DNA of 44,125 bases. It comes from a virus. Lineage: Duplodnaviria; Caudoviricetes. Made by a program: the position numbers and the translations under genes. Location of the stretch: IMG/VR virus record IMGVR_UViG_3300022177_000046, positions 1-44,125 of that record. One strand, 5' to 3'. The stretch's first letter is position 1, and each line of letters begins with the position of its first letter. Of this stretch, positions 7,426-16,995 are shown piece by piece. The notes beneath the pieces were generated by a model that saw nothing but the letters and a program-made list of their open reading frames with translations, was not told the origin of the DNA and searched no databases.

Positions 7426-10284
7426 CGTAATCCTAATCCAATCAAAATATCCTGCAAAAGCGGCTGAAGCATTTTCGTTGTTTATTCCAAGTCCTACATA
7501 ACCTGGCTTAAATCCTATTGTTACTCCTGATGAATGCATTGGGAATGAAATACCGTTAGGAGAATACATGAGATTTGCCTTCCATGTCCCAGAGTCATTG
7601 TAGATTTTTGCTCTTAGATACCCGACAGTAAAGCCTTTGCCATAACGCGAGTATGTGTTTCTACTTGTTGGAGTGTTATAATCCTCCCACATTATATTGG
7701 GTGACTGGTCAACTGCTGTTGATTCAAGGTTCAAAAACTTCTGCTTCCCAGTTAGAGATTCTGAAAGAATTATGCCATATTTAAAATACGAGCCCACCTT
7801 ATCGCTGCCTAGGAGCTTTGCTGTGACAGTAAAATCTCCACTGGGCGCTGTCTGTACAATGCCTCTTACCAGTGCCGATGAGTTGCCTGGAATCAAGATT
7901 TTTAAATATCCTTTTTCCTCTATAGATGTACCTGTCCCTTGATTTATCCAGTTCCACCTTGCATCAATTGTTTCGTCATCAAATTCATCATCCATGCTGT
8001 GAGGATTTGAGGGGGGAGTGTCTATGGGATTTTGATAGCTAGTTCCACCGCCTCCGATTGATGATATTGTAATGCTCTTTTGTGCGTCATTTTGTGAGAT
8101 GGATACGTTGCTTCCAGCAACAAGCGTGACATCACCAGTAAGAACGTTGCCGCCCGATCTTTTTAGGCTAGATACTCTCTGTATGCTGCTATGCGAATCA
8201 GCCGCATGCCTTGCCTCGTTGTAATACTGAGGATGATCATCCGCATCCAAGCCAAGCAGCATCGAATGCGTGTGATTGTGGCTGATGTTTGCTGGAGTTT
8301 GTGTTGCCGGGTTTGACAGCACGCTGTCCTTTGTAAACATAGACAGGCGCTCCACAAGCTGAGCCATCTTGATTTCATGCTCCAGCATTATGTTGTTGAG
8401 CTCAAGCACGTACCTGACAAGGCCTGTTTCGCTATCTTCCTCGCAGGTTATCCCCTTGACTCTAACCTTGCCGTCAAATCCTGCCGTATCTGCTCCTTCC
8501 GGTGGAATGTACCAGCCAATCCAGTCTCCGTGCATGAATGTTTCAAAAGGCTTTAGCTTACTCCCGAGTGAATCCACAAATTTAACTACCGTTCCCTGGA
8601 TGCCCCAGCTGACCTGGGCCGCGCTCCTTAGAAACATCTGGCCGTAGTCCTGGAGCTTCGCCCAGTCACTAGCTATGTTTCTTGCTTGAAGATATCCTTC
8701 ACGCCTTCCATAGTCGTTTTGGCTGGTCGGGTGCATAGTCTCAACAAGGCTTCCATCTTTACCTTCCACCAGGAGGGCATTTGTAACACTAGTGCTGTCG
8801 CTTTGGTTCTCGTGCCTTAGGATGGCTTGTCCAGGGCGGTATTTGACCGAATCGTACTTGTCGCTGCCTTTTACTTTATAAAGCCTTAGATGCAAATTAG
8901 GCGTCATCTCAATGTCGAAAAGACCCATGCCTTCGCTAAGCTTTGTTATTACCTGTGAAATAGGCGTTCCCGCATGAAAAGATATATTGCTCATATCCTC
9001 AAAAGGATTGCCAAGCGAATCCTTATCGGCGCTCCAGTCCAAAACAACGCCCGGAAGGCATCCTCTTTGCTGGGCTTCCAGGATGAGCTGCCTTAGTATT
9101 GCTCCACCATGCATGTCAGTAAAGCTCCTCTCAAGCGTCTGCGGACTAGGCATTCCTTCAGGATAGACAACAGCCCGCTCAAGCAGCGAAAGGATCCCTC
9201 TGCCGCTTACCTCGATCATTTGTTGCTCGCTATCGTCAACATATGAAGGCTTTCTTGTTTCGATGATCCATTTGAAGATATCAATGCCATCAAGCCTGCA
9301 GAGGATGTAGTTTTGATCCGCCACATATTCCCTGCTTCCTCCCTTTTCATCATACCTGCTTATGGAGAACTTGCCGCTACCAGGGTTATTGAGCAGCACC
9401 TGGAATGACTTGTTTCTTGCTCCGTCCAGTTGGCAAAGTATAGTGTTAGGATTTTTCTTGTCGCAAACGAAAAGCTCTATGCCTATGTCATCCGCAGGCT
9501 CTGACTCGTACACCTCAAGTCCGATGACGTTGCTGTCGCGTATTCCGGGAGGATCCGGCGCATTCAGTCTGACCTTGACCGCGCCGCTTTCTGCTTCCTG
9601 TGGGATCTGAAACACAATCTGCTGCCAGCTCCAAGAGATGACGTTGCAGAGCAATTCTCCTAGATATACCTGCCCGCCATAGCCTCTTGCCGCCCTATCA
9701 GCACTTGTTGGATCAGACTCCATCTTAGCTCCAAAGCCATTGCCGTAGATGCTTACAATCGAACCTTTTGCTGCTCTGGTTGTAGAGAGACGCTCGATGA
9801 AAGGAAATGGCGGATCGCTTGTTATGTTTTCATAGTTGTAGAGTCCTCTTATTCCATTCCAGTCTGGGCCGTACTTTGAGATGTTCTCAAACAAATAGAG
9901 CATTCGCTTTCGCGTCCAAGCAGGTCCGAATTTTGCCACATTTTCTATCTGATACAGGCTTCGCTTTAAGATATAGCCAATTGAAAATGAACGTGTTTCC
10001 GAGGTAGTGCTGCCGCTTGCATTAGCAGCAGTAACTCTCCAAAACCATGACCCGCTTGTAAATGCGAAAGCCGCCCTGCAAGTTGCTCCGGATACCACAT
10101 TATAAAAGGTGCTGCTTTTCTTGCCTGCACTGTCAAAGGTGCTTACACTGTCTACTTCTATGACAACCTCTGAAGCTGCAAGCTTATCAAGGCTGTCCGT
10201 ATAGGTCGCATCAAAGTGCAGAGTTAAGAGTGAGCTGCTATAAAGATCATCTGGTGATACCAGATTTATTCCGGGTAATCCCAT
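7417..10284 (-). CDS. multidomain tail tip/host-recognition protein (Ig/FN3-like, IPT/TIG-like, tail-hub-like, C-terminal beta-sandwich)
   Basis: Position between Dit and holin; WFWRVTAANASG (FN3-like), VSIYGNGFG...SWSWQQIVFQIP (IPT-like), C-terminal DDEFDD...GDFTVTAK...FDWIRI (ConA/lectin-like). Confidence 0.7.
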   Translation of the reverse strand: MGLPGINLVSPDDLYSSSLLTLHFDATYTDSLDKLAASEVVIEVDSVSTFDSAGKKSSTFYNVVSGATCRAAFAFTSGSWFWRVTAANASGSTTSETRSFSIGYILKRSLYQIENVAKFGPAWTRKRMLYLFENISKYGPDWNGIRGLYNYENITSDPPFPFIERLSTTRAAKGSIVSIYGNGFGAKMESDPTSADRAARGYGGQVYLGELLCNVISWSWQQIVFQIPQEAESGAVKVRLNAPDPPGIRDSNVIGLEVYESEPADDIGIELFVCDKKNPNTILCQLDGARNKSFQVLLNNPGSGKFSISRYDEKGGSREYVADQNYILCRLDGIDIFKWIIETRKPSYVDDSEQQMIEVSGRGILSLLERAVVYPEGMPSPQTLERSFTDMHGGAILRQLILEAQQRGCLPGVVLDWSADKDSLGNPFEDMSNISFHAGTPISQVITKLSEGMGLFDIEMTPNLHLRLYKVKGSDKYDSVKYRPGQAILRHENQSDSTSVTNALLVEGKDGSLVETMHPTSQNDYGRREGYLQARNIASDWAKLQDYGQMFLRSAAQVSWGIQGTVVKFVDSLGSKLKPFETFMHGDWIGWYIPPEGADTAGFDGKVRVKGITCEEDSETGLVRYVLELNNIMLEHEIKMAQLVERLSMFTKDSVLSNPATQTPANISHNHTHSMLLGLDADDHPQYYNEARHAADSHSSIQRVSSLKRSGGNVLTGDVTLVAGSNVSISQNDAQKSITISSIGGGGTSYQNPIDTPPSNPHSMDDEFDDETIDARWNWINQGTGTSIEEKGYLKILIPGNSSALVRGIVQTAPSGDFTVTAKLLGSDKVGSYFKYGIILSESLTGKQKFLNLESTAVDQSPNIMWEDYNTPTSRNTYSRYGKGFTVGYLRAKIYNDSGTWKANLMYSPNGISFPMHSSGVTIGFKPGYVGLGINNENASAAFAGYFDWIRITEP

Positions 10285-10298
10285 GTTAATTCACCTGC

Positions 10299-11162
10299 CT
10301 ATGCCCAGCTGCCGACTGTAGCAATAATCCTGGCTGACTTTGGTCCAAGCGTCAGCAGAGGAGGAAGTAGAGCGTTTCTGATGTAGACTATGCTGCTTAA
10401 GCTCCCTGGGCCTATACTTGCAATATCAAGTACGCTCTGCCAAGGCCCATCAGGAGACCAAGCTATGGTAAAGTCCGAGTGATTCAATTGAAGGTTAACA
10501 TTGTTTGCTATTTTGCTCGTGCTCGCATTCTTGATCTTGATTGATCTTATCTGCGTAGTCCCTTCAGGTCTGTCCTCCCAGTCAATTAGTGATGTGAGCT
10601 CATTTCCCGAGGCGTCACAAAAGGCTATGTCGTCAACTTGTTCGCCGGCAGCTTTACGTCCGTATATGTGAATACCGCAGACCTTTATTATCTCAGCATA
10701 GCTTGAGTGCCTTATGCCAAAGCGCAGTGTCTTGACTGGACCTGAGAAGGATATTGTAAACATACTGTCTCTCCAGTTATCTAAATCAGCAGTGGGAGTA
10801 GGGTAGGAGTACACAGCTGTTTCCCAGGTTCCATCCATGCCGTTTGTTGTATCAACAGAGCCTTGGATAAGCCTTTCTGTTGGATTGCTGATTCCGCTTG
10901 CAGGATACTGGATACCCATTTTATTAATCTCGCGAAGCTCGGGGAAAAAGAACCAAAAGGCAAGTCCCGGATCATTGTCGTATTTTCCCCACTCCTGAGC
11001 TCTGTCTTCTCTGTTTAGGTTCTGCTTGCTCTGGCTATCAAGCCAGCTGCTCACACCGTTGCCGAAAATAGTAGCCAGTGAAACATCGCTCATATACCTA
11101 TAACCGACTTCTGTTCCGTCTATGTCATATGCTATCCTGTGCTCTAAAACTGCTGGATACAT
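10299..11162 (-). CDS. putative baseplate/tail-associated protein
   Basis: Located in the tail module; beta-rich; IQGSVDTTNGMDGTWET resembles a discoidin-like domain. Confidence 0.5.
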   Translation of the reverse strand: MYPAVLEHRIAYDIDGTEVGYRYMSDVSLATIFGNGVSSWLDSQSKQNLNREDRAQEWGKYDNDPGLAFWFFFPELREINKMGIQYPASGISNPTERLIQGSVDTTNGMDGTWETAVYSYPTPTADLDNWRDSMFTISFSGPVKTLRFGIRHSSYAEIIKVCGIHIYGRKAAGEQVDDIAFCDASGNELTSLIDWEDRPEGTTQIRSIKIKNASTSKIANNVNLQLNHSDFTIAWSPDGPWQSVLDIASIGPGSLSSIVYIRNALLPPLLTLGPKSARIIATVGSWA

Positions 11163-11178
11163 TAAACCACCTCATTTA

Positions 11179-12003
11179 TTAAAAATATGCCGGATAATAC
11201 TCCAGCTTTACGCTGCCGCCTGAAGCGCCGCTTATTCGTAGCTGATTATAGCCTGACTCGAGTACAAACCAGTATGCATCACCACCATGCTTTATAGCCG
11301 AGAGCATATTTGTGCTTCCCTTAGCGCACTTGAAATCCTCTGTGTTAATTACCACGCTTTCTCCAGATCCGATGCTGCCTTGATACTGAAGCCAAACATC
11401 AATGCCTAAACATTCAAGCTTTGGGGATTCCATGGGACCAGTTAGGGTTATGATTGCAGCAGTAACAGGAGCTGTTCCTGGATTATTGTGGCTCCATTCT
11501 TGAGTTGATGAAGTTATGGACTGCGTTTGTATGACTGATTGAGGAGTATAAAAGAAGGGATCTGAAAGCATGAATTCCACTGCGAATTTGGCATGCCCGG
11601 TTTGAGTTTTTACAAAACTGACGGGTCTGTACACTTCAGCTATTGCTTCTCGGACGGTTTCGTCTGGAAGGATTTTTCTCAATACGCATTGTCCCATTTT
11701 TCCAAATACGCTGCTTAGATAATCAATATTGTCATAGAGCATCTCATTTTCACTCTTACCGGTTGGTAGCTTGCCAGTCAAGGGATCAAGCCCTCTTACC
11801 CACATTGGCAGCATAACGATTCTTTCATCGTATCTCTTTTTTATCCATCGTCTCCCGTTTTGGAAAGGCACCTGTAAATTGCTGCCTCTTAGTCCAGGTG
11901 TGCCTATTCCCTCGGGAACTTCAATTACTGACCATGCCTTGGTATTTAGGTTAACTCCATTAAACTGCCATGTTTGTCCTTTCAAATCCAATTTCACCTC
12001 CAT
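11179..12003 (-). CDS. distal tail protein (Dit)
   Basis: Follows the TMP; SDPFFY, NPGTAPV, LESGYNQL, YYPAYF motifs. Confidence 0.8.
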   Translation of the reverse strand: MEVKLDLKGQTWQFNGVNLNTKAWSVIEVPEGIGTPGLRGSNLQVPFQNGRRWIKKRYDERIVMLPMWVRGLDPLTGKLPTGKSENEMLYDNIDYLSSVFGKMGQCVLRKILPDETVREAIAEVYRPVSFVKTQTGHAKFAVEFMLSDPFFYTPQSVIQTQSITSSTQEWSHNNPGTAPVTAAIITLTGPMESPKLECLGIDVWLQYQGSIGSGESVVINTEDFKCAKGSTNMLSAIKHGGDAYWFVLESGYNQLRISGASGGSVKLEYYPAYF

Positions 12004-14300
12004 TAACCCAGGCCATAAGATTGTCTAAGAAGAACCCTGCGAGTGCTCTCAGATGCGGCTTCTGGCTTTGGATTGTTTATTGTAATCTCGTAATTATTTG
12101 TTACATTTCCGCCTTGGCCCCCTGTTTCGATTGCCCTAGCTTGAGTTCCTACGCCAGCCTTCAAAAGAGCCTTTGCCATAAGCTCATCAAGCTTTTCTAT
12201 TGGAACCACCGCTTCTTGGCCGGCTTCACCAACACCTATGATGCTCGGGCTTGAGAAAATTCCTCCTGTAGAGTACCAGTTGACTGAAAGCTTTGGCACC
12301 TGTGGCGGGCTTAAGCTGAATTTACCTGTAAGATCGAAGTGGGGGAGCTTGATCTTTGGTATTTTGATTTCGGGGATCTTAATATTCCTAAAGAATCCAA
12401 CGATAGCGTCAATTGCAGCTTTCACAGTATTTTTAGCTGCAGTAATTGGAGTTTCAATTGCAGTCTTGATTCCGTTCCAAATGCTTGAGGTAACTGACTT
12501 TACAGCATTCCATGCCCCGGTGATAGTGCTTTTTACAATGCCTGTTTCTACCGAGATAATTCCTTTTATAAGATTTAAAGCTCCACTTATAATGCTGTGG
12601 ATTCCATTCCACAGATTCTCAGTCAGATTCTTTATGCCTTCCCAAACGCCCTGCCAGTCGCCCTTGATAAGGTTTGTCGCAATCTGGAGGATGTTTTTTA
12701 TCACATTCAGCACAGTAGTTATCACTGATGCTATGACATTAAAGGCAGTAGAGATGACAGTAATGATATCTACTCCGTATTTTTGCCAGAGGGCCCCGGC
12801 TACTTGAACGAAGGCCTGAATCAAAGCCTTTATTGCCTCAAACACGCCGGTCATAATCATCTTGATTTGGTTCCATACTGTAATAACGCTGTTTCTGAAG
12901 CTTTCATTGCTTTTAAAGAGCAATACGAATACAGAAATAAATGCTGCCACCGCAGCAATAGCAATGCCAACAGGTCCGGTTATTGCCGCTATGGCAGCTC
13001 CCATGGCGCCTGATGCTCCTCCTGCAGCCGCCATGGCTCCAGATATTGCTCCAAAAGCAGACGACAAGGTACCTATAACCGACACGACTTTCCCAATGAC
13101 TAAAACCACCGGCCCGATAGCCGCCGCAATAAGCGCTATCTTTACGACCATCTCCTGCTGCTCCTTGGAGAGTCCCTTAAAGCGATCCATCAAAGGCTTG
13201 ATGACAGCGATTAGCTTTTCAAGTATTGGAATCAAAATCTGGCCGAATTGAATCCCTATCTGCTGGGCCTGCTCCTTCATGATCCTTAGCTTATTGGTCG
13301 GAGAATCCATGGTTCTTGCCAGATCACCCTGAGCATTCTTGGTTGCTTCCATGATGGAGCCATAGCGGGCCTGCACCTTCTGTGCTTCTGTCAGCTCTTC
13401 GCCTTGCTTGGCAATTCCATGTGTATAGGCATAGGTTTTGATAGTAGTATCGTTGACTAAAATGCCCAGTGCCTTAAGGGGCTCGGCTTCACCGGAGATA
13501 CCTGACTTGAGCTTCTCGAAGGCTTCCTCGGGTTTAAGGTTATAAAAGGATGCCATGTCATAGGATAGCTGTGTAAGTCCCTCTGACATTTTCAAGGACT
13601 CGTCAGATGCAAGCCCCATGGAGGTGAGCATGGCATTGTAGGTGGCCATGTTGCTTCTGACGTTGTAGGCATTCAGGCCAAGAGCCTTTGAGGTTTCCTC
13701 GGACCACTTTCTTGCATCTTCAGCTACACCGCCCATTGCCACTTCAAAGAGATTCTCAGATTCCACAGCATCCATAGCCATGTTGGTTGCAGCTGTTCCG
13801 ATTCCAAGTAGAGGGAGGGTAACAGCAGTGGATAGGGTCTTACCGGCAGAGGATATTTTCTCACCTACGGCCTTCATTTTCTCGCCTGCTTTGTCCATGC
13901 TTTCGGAAAGCTTATGCCAGGCTGAACTCTTAAGCTTTAGTTCCTCGGTTGTCGATTTGAGCTCCTGTTGCATTTTGCCTAGCTCTGCATTGGCATAGTT
14001 CAGCTTGATTTTCAGGTTCTCTGTGGCCTTAGCATCAGCGCCTTTTTTCTCGACGCTTTCATTGTAACTCCGAGCTAGAGCCGCTACCTTTTCTTTTTGC
14101 AGCTCCATTTGCCGGCTTAAGCTATCAGCCTTTAGCTTTAGTCCTTCAGTCGACTTACCAAAGTCTCCAAGCTTTGAGCTAGCAGCCGCGAATTCACTTT
14201 GAACCACTTTCAGACTGCGCTGAAGCTTACTCACGCCTTCTTGAAAGCCACTGTCGTCAAGCCCGATTCTCGCCACTACAGTGCTGTTGCTGCTTGCCAT
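12003..14300 (-). CDS. tape measure protein
   Basis: 765 aa, Ala/Gly-rich helical, periodic Trp repeats in the C-terminal half; follows the tail chaperone. Confidence 0.92.
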   Translation of the reverse strand: MASSNSTVVARIGLDDSGFQEGVSKLQRSLKVVQSEFAAASSKLGDFGKSTEGLKLKADSLSRQMELQKEKVAALARSYNESVEKKGADAKATENLKIKLNYANAELGKMQQELKSTTEELKLKSSAWHKLSESMDKAGEKMKAVGEKISSAGKTLSTAVTLPLLGIGTAATNMAMDAVESENLFEVAMGGVAEDARKWSEETSKALGLNAYNVRSNMATYNAMLTSMGLASDESLKMSEGLTQLSYDMASFYNLKPEEAFEKLKSGISGEAEPLKALGILVNDTTIKTYAYTHGIAKQGEELTEAQKVQARYGSIMEATKNAQGDLARTMDSPTNKLRIMKEQAQQIGIQFGQILIPILEKLIAVIKPLMDRFKGLSKEQQEMVVKIALIAAAIGPVVLVIGKVVSVIGTLSSAFGAISGAMAAAGGASGAMGAAIAAITGPVGIAIAAVAAFISVFVLLFKSNESFRNSVITVWNQIKMIMTGVFEAIKALIQAFVQVAGALWQKYGVDIITVISTAFNVIASVITTVLNVIKNILQIATNLIKGDWQGVWEGIKNLTENLWNGIHSIISGALNLIKGIISVETGIVKSTITGAWNAVKSVTSSIWNGIKTAIETPITAAKNTVKAAIDAIVGFFRNIKIPEIKIPKIKLPHFDLTGKFSLSPPQVPKLSVNWYSTGGIFSSPSIIGVGEAGQEAVVPIEKLDELMAKALLKAGVGTQARAIETGGQGGNVTNNYEITINNPKPEAASESTRRVLLRQSYGLG

Positions 14301-14314
14301 CTAGTTCACCTCCT

Positions 14315-14518
14315 TTAAAACAAAATGCTGTCAATGGTGTCGAGGCTTGAAGAAGTTTCAATTCCATTGACCGTCTTGTAAACATTAAAAAGTGCCTGTA
14401 GCTTTTTAGGTGTGCTGCTCCAGAACTGTTCCTCGCTCATTCGAAGTAGGTTCGTTCCCAAATAGAAAAGCCACTTCCAATCCCAGAATTGTGGACTTAA
14501 GTGGCTTTCGCTTCCCCC
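14315..14518 (-). CDS. -1 frameshift extension (gpT-like) of the tail assembly chaperone
   Basis: GGGGGAA at 14518-14512; -1 frame open: GSESHLSPQFWDWKWLFYLGTNLLRMSEEQFWSSTPKKLQALF...DSILF*, stop at 14315. Confidence 0.8.
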   Translation of the reverse strand, partial: GGSESHLSPQFWDWKWLFYLGTNLLRMSEEQFWSSTPKKLQALFNVYKTVNGIETSSSLDTIDSILF

Positions 14519-14832
14519 GAGGTTTCATCTACCTCTGGCATTGATTTAGTTAGTGCTTCATTGATTGCGCTACCGAGGCTTTCTAGGTCACTAAGTCCCA
14601 GTTGCTCGCCAATGGCTTTTAGAGTAACGCTCTCATCTTCAACTTTTATAGCGGAGTAGAGGAGAGCCCTGACTGCTTTAAGCTTCATGCTCTGCAGATC
14701 ATCAAATGCGGCATTCAAGTCACCATAGACTTCCTCCAATTCACAGAAGGTGTTCATGTTGAGTTTTAGTTCGTATTCTTTTTCACCAAGCTTGAATTTT
14801 ATCCCCTTGTTTTTTAGTTCAGATGCCTTCAA
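14497..14832 (-). CDS. tail assembly chaperone (gpG-like)
   Basis: Between major tail protein and TMP; slippery site near its 3' end. Confidence 0.85.
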   Translation of the reverse strand: MKASELKNKGIKFKLGEKEYELKLNMNTFCELEEVYGDLNAAFDDLQSMKLKAVRALLYSAIKVEDESVTLKAIGEQLGLSDLESLGSAINEALTKSMPEVDETSGEAKAT

Positions 14833-14848
14833 ACATAATCACTCCCTC

Positions 14849-15421
14849 TTATACTGCAGGCGTAGGTTCTGCCGGTACAGCAGTAAACCAGGCTGCAATG
14901 ATGGTTGGATCTATACCGACTTCATCCTCATCGGCTATAAATCTGAAGTTGCCGTCAAAGTCCCTTGAATAGAAGGTACCCTTGAGCTTTGCAGACTTAG
15001 GAGAGGGCTTTTCTGCCTCAGTGTCGTATTCGTCTGTGGCCAGCTCGAACTTACCCTTTAGAAGCCACACATAGCGGTATTTACCGTTGTGCTTTTTTGA
15101 CTTAAAGCCAAGGGCGAGAGTAGGAGAGATATCTTCTTTGCTTTCGATGAGGACGCCCTTGACCACCTTGGCTCCTTGCAAGGTTGCCCTGCTTGTAAGG
15201 GACAGCTGGTTGAGTTCAATTTCGACCTCAATGCTATCAAAGGCAGTGATGACATCTTCCACAGTATCATCAGAATAGATGTTTTCAGAATTGACCTTTG
15301 GCGCAAGTTTTGCGCTGACAGCTCGTTCTAGTTTTGTAGGCGCAGCATAAGTCGTACCTGTATTGTCATCGTCTGTAAGAAGAGCGATGTGGATGTCTCT
15401 GAGTCCAATTTGTCTTGCCAT
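14849..15421 (-). CDS. major tail protein (phi13-like)
   Basis: IGLRDIHIA, YSDD, ALGFKSKK..GKYRYVWLLKGKF motifs. Confidence 0.9.
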   Translation of the reverse strand: MARQIGLRDIHIALLTDDDNTGTTYAAPTKLERAVSAKLAPKVNSENIYSDDTVEDVITAFDSIEVEIELNQLSLTSRATLQGAKVVKGVLIESKEDISPTLALGFKSKKHNGKYRYVWLLKGKFELATDEYDTEAEKPSPKSAKLKGTFYSRDFDGNFRFIADEDEVGIDPTIIAAWFTAVPAEPTPAV

Positions 15422-15424
15422 TGG

Positions 15425-15763
15425 TTAAACCTCCTTTGATTCCAAATAGTAAAATTTAATCCCTTTGTGATAGAGTCCTGTGTCAGGTTCATAAAAGTCC
15501 GCTTCATCAAGCCTGTTAAAGCCGGCTGCTTTAAGGGCCATCTTCAGATTAGCCACTAGGGCAGTGTAGTCTGATCTGGACCATACATCCACCTGCACAT
15601 AATGCCCGGTGAAGGCCTCGTCATCTTCCTCAAATTCCTCGCCGGTTTGCAGATATTCGTGGAAGGTAATGTAGATTTGTTCTTGCCCAGAGTACTTTTG
15701 GAAGCCCACAGGCACGCCAAGAGGCTTTAAAGCTTCAAGAATTAGCTTGTTAATCAAGTCCAT
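15425..15763 (-). CDS. tail completion/terminator protein
   Basis: YITF, VQVDVWS, YEPDTGLYHK motifs; gene order. Confidence 0.75.
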   Translation of the reverse strand: MDLINKLILEALKPLGVPVGFQKYSGQEQIYITFHEYLQTGEEFEEDDEAFTGHYVQVDVWSRSDYTALVANLKMALKAAGFNRLDEADFYEPDTGLYHKGIKFYYLESKEV

Positions 15764-16148
15764 CAAGCCCCCTTTGCAGTTCATCCTTGATCGTTTCATC
15801 TATTTTCTTTTTGTTTTCTAAGACGGAGTTTTCAGCCCAGTGCTGAGCAGGGATCTTCGAGGTTCCCCATTCGGTAAATTTTGAATGGAAGAATTCTCCA
15901 TCATTTCCCTTGTTAGGCCCAATCTGGATAAAATCCACACCATTGACTGTTTTGACTTCTGAAACCTGAATGTTATCGGCCATATGCCTTTTATTTGCCT
16001 TAGATCTGGGGGCCTTTTCTTCCATGCTGCCCTTGACCATGGCGGCGGACTTTTCCAAGGCGTTTTTTTTGATTTGGGTACCTTGGCTTCCAAGCTTATT
16101 GACCTTGTCGATTAGCTCTTGCATGCCCTCTAGCTCAATCTTAGCCAT
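15750..16148 (-). CDS. HK97 gp10-family morphogenesis protein
   Basis: MAKIELEGMQEL...KFTEWGTSKIPAQHW. Confidence 0.85.
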   Translation of the reverse strand: MAKIELEGMQELIDKVNKLGSQGTQIKKNALEKSAAMVKGSMEEKAPRSKANKRHMADNIQVSEVKTVNGVDFIQIGPNKGNDGEFFHSKFTEWGTSKIPAQHWAENSVLENKKKIDETIKDELQRGLDGLD

Positions 16149-16476
16149 CTCCATCCACCTCCAATGCCCGTATTTCCATATAGCGGTTCTTGTATTTGAT
16201 GTGATCAATGGAGATAATGTTATATGTTCTGCCTTCAAAGACGATCTGCATAGTCTGATCAAGGCCTTCTAAAAATCGAATGGTGAATTTGACGGTGTTT
16301 TCTGCTTGGACTGCTTTTGCTTCGAAGTATTCCTTGCCATGAAGATTAGTGACAGCTGCCCACACGCTTTTATACTCAAGTGGCAGTTCAGCTTCAAAGC
16401 CGTTCTCGTTTATAAAAGGCGTAACCCTCTGGAAAGTGATGCGATGCCTCATTGTTCCGATACTCAAAGCTACCAC
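16141..16476 (-). CDS. head closure protein (SPP1 gp16-like)
   Basis: MRHRITFQ, VWAAV, FTIRF, GRTYNI motifs. Confidence 0.88.
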   Translation of the reverse strand: MVALSIGTMRHRITFQRVTPFINENGFEAELPLEYKSVWAAVTNLHGKEYFEAKAVQAENTVKFTIRFLEGLDQTMQIVFEGRTYNIISIDHIKYKNRYMEIRALEVDGDG

Positions 16477-16754
16477 CCCTCTTTGCGATAGGCGAAGAGA
16501 AGCCTTGTCATAAGCTCGATCATTGCCTTCATATCAAGAGTTTCTCGCTGCTCATATAGGTTCCCAATAGCATAGAGGGCAGCCTGCTTAACTGTCTCCG
16601 GGATTTCTGTGAATTCAGTAAGAGGGAAGCGGAGGATGTCCTCACAGAGCTCTTTTGCAGAATCAATACAGGAGGCTATGAGCGCATCGTCTGTATCTTC
16701 GTCAACCTTTAGGTAAAGTTTTGCTTCCTCGAGTGTAACTAGCAATACGCTCAC
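16470..16754 (-). CDS. head-tail connector (gp6/gp15-like)
   Basis: VTLEEAKLYLKVD...DDALI, LYEQRE. Confidence 0.9.
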   Translation of the reverse strand: MSVLLVTLEEAKLYLKVDEDTDDALIASCIDSAKELCEDILRFPLTEFTEIPETVKQAALYAIGNLYEQRETLDMKAMIELMTRLLFAYRKEGW

Positions 16755-16763
16755 CTCCTAGTA

Positions 16764-16985
16764 TTATTCAGAAGCCATAAGCCCTGCGGCTTTGAGCTTC
16801 GCAAGAAGTGCATTAAAGTCTAAAACAAGTCCTGCTATTGTACTAGCAGTGCTGTCTGTTTGAAAAGCTGCTGGAGTGAAGGAGGAGGGGAGGCCAATAA
16901 CCTGGCCGCCCTCTAGAATCTCAAGTGTTCCACCGATGACGGTTTTTTCACCGCCTTGCTCAGTATAGTTTTTAACGTTGCTCAT
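16764..16985 (-). CDS. head fiber/decoration protein
   Basis: KNYTEQGGEKTVIGG...FNALLAKLKAAGLM; follows the capsid gene. Confidence 0.75.
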   Translation of the reverse strand: MSNVKNYTEQGGEKTVIGGTLEILEGGQVIGLPSSFTPAAFQTDSTASTIAGLVLDFNALLAKLKAAGLMASE

Positions 16986-16995
16986 AGTTATTCAC

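Noticed and set aside
7417-10284. Diversity-generating retroelement or invertible shufflon acting on the tail tip gene
   Set aside because: No reverse transcriptase, no template-repeat copy and no inverted alternative cassettes were seen in the window.
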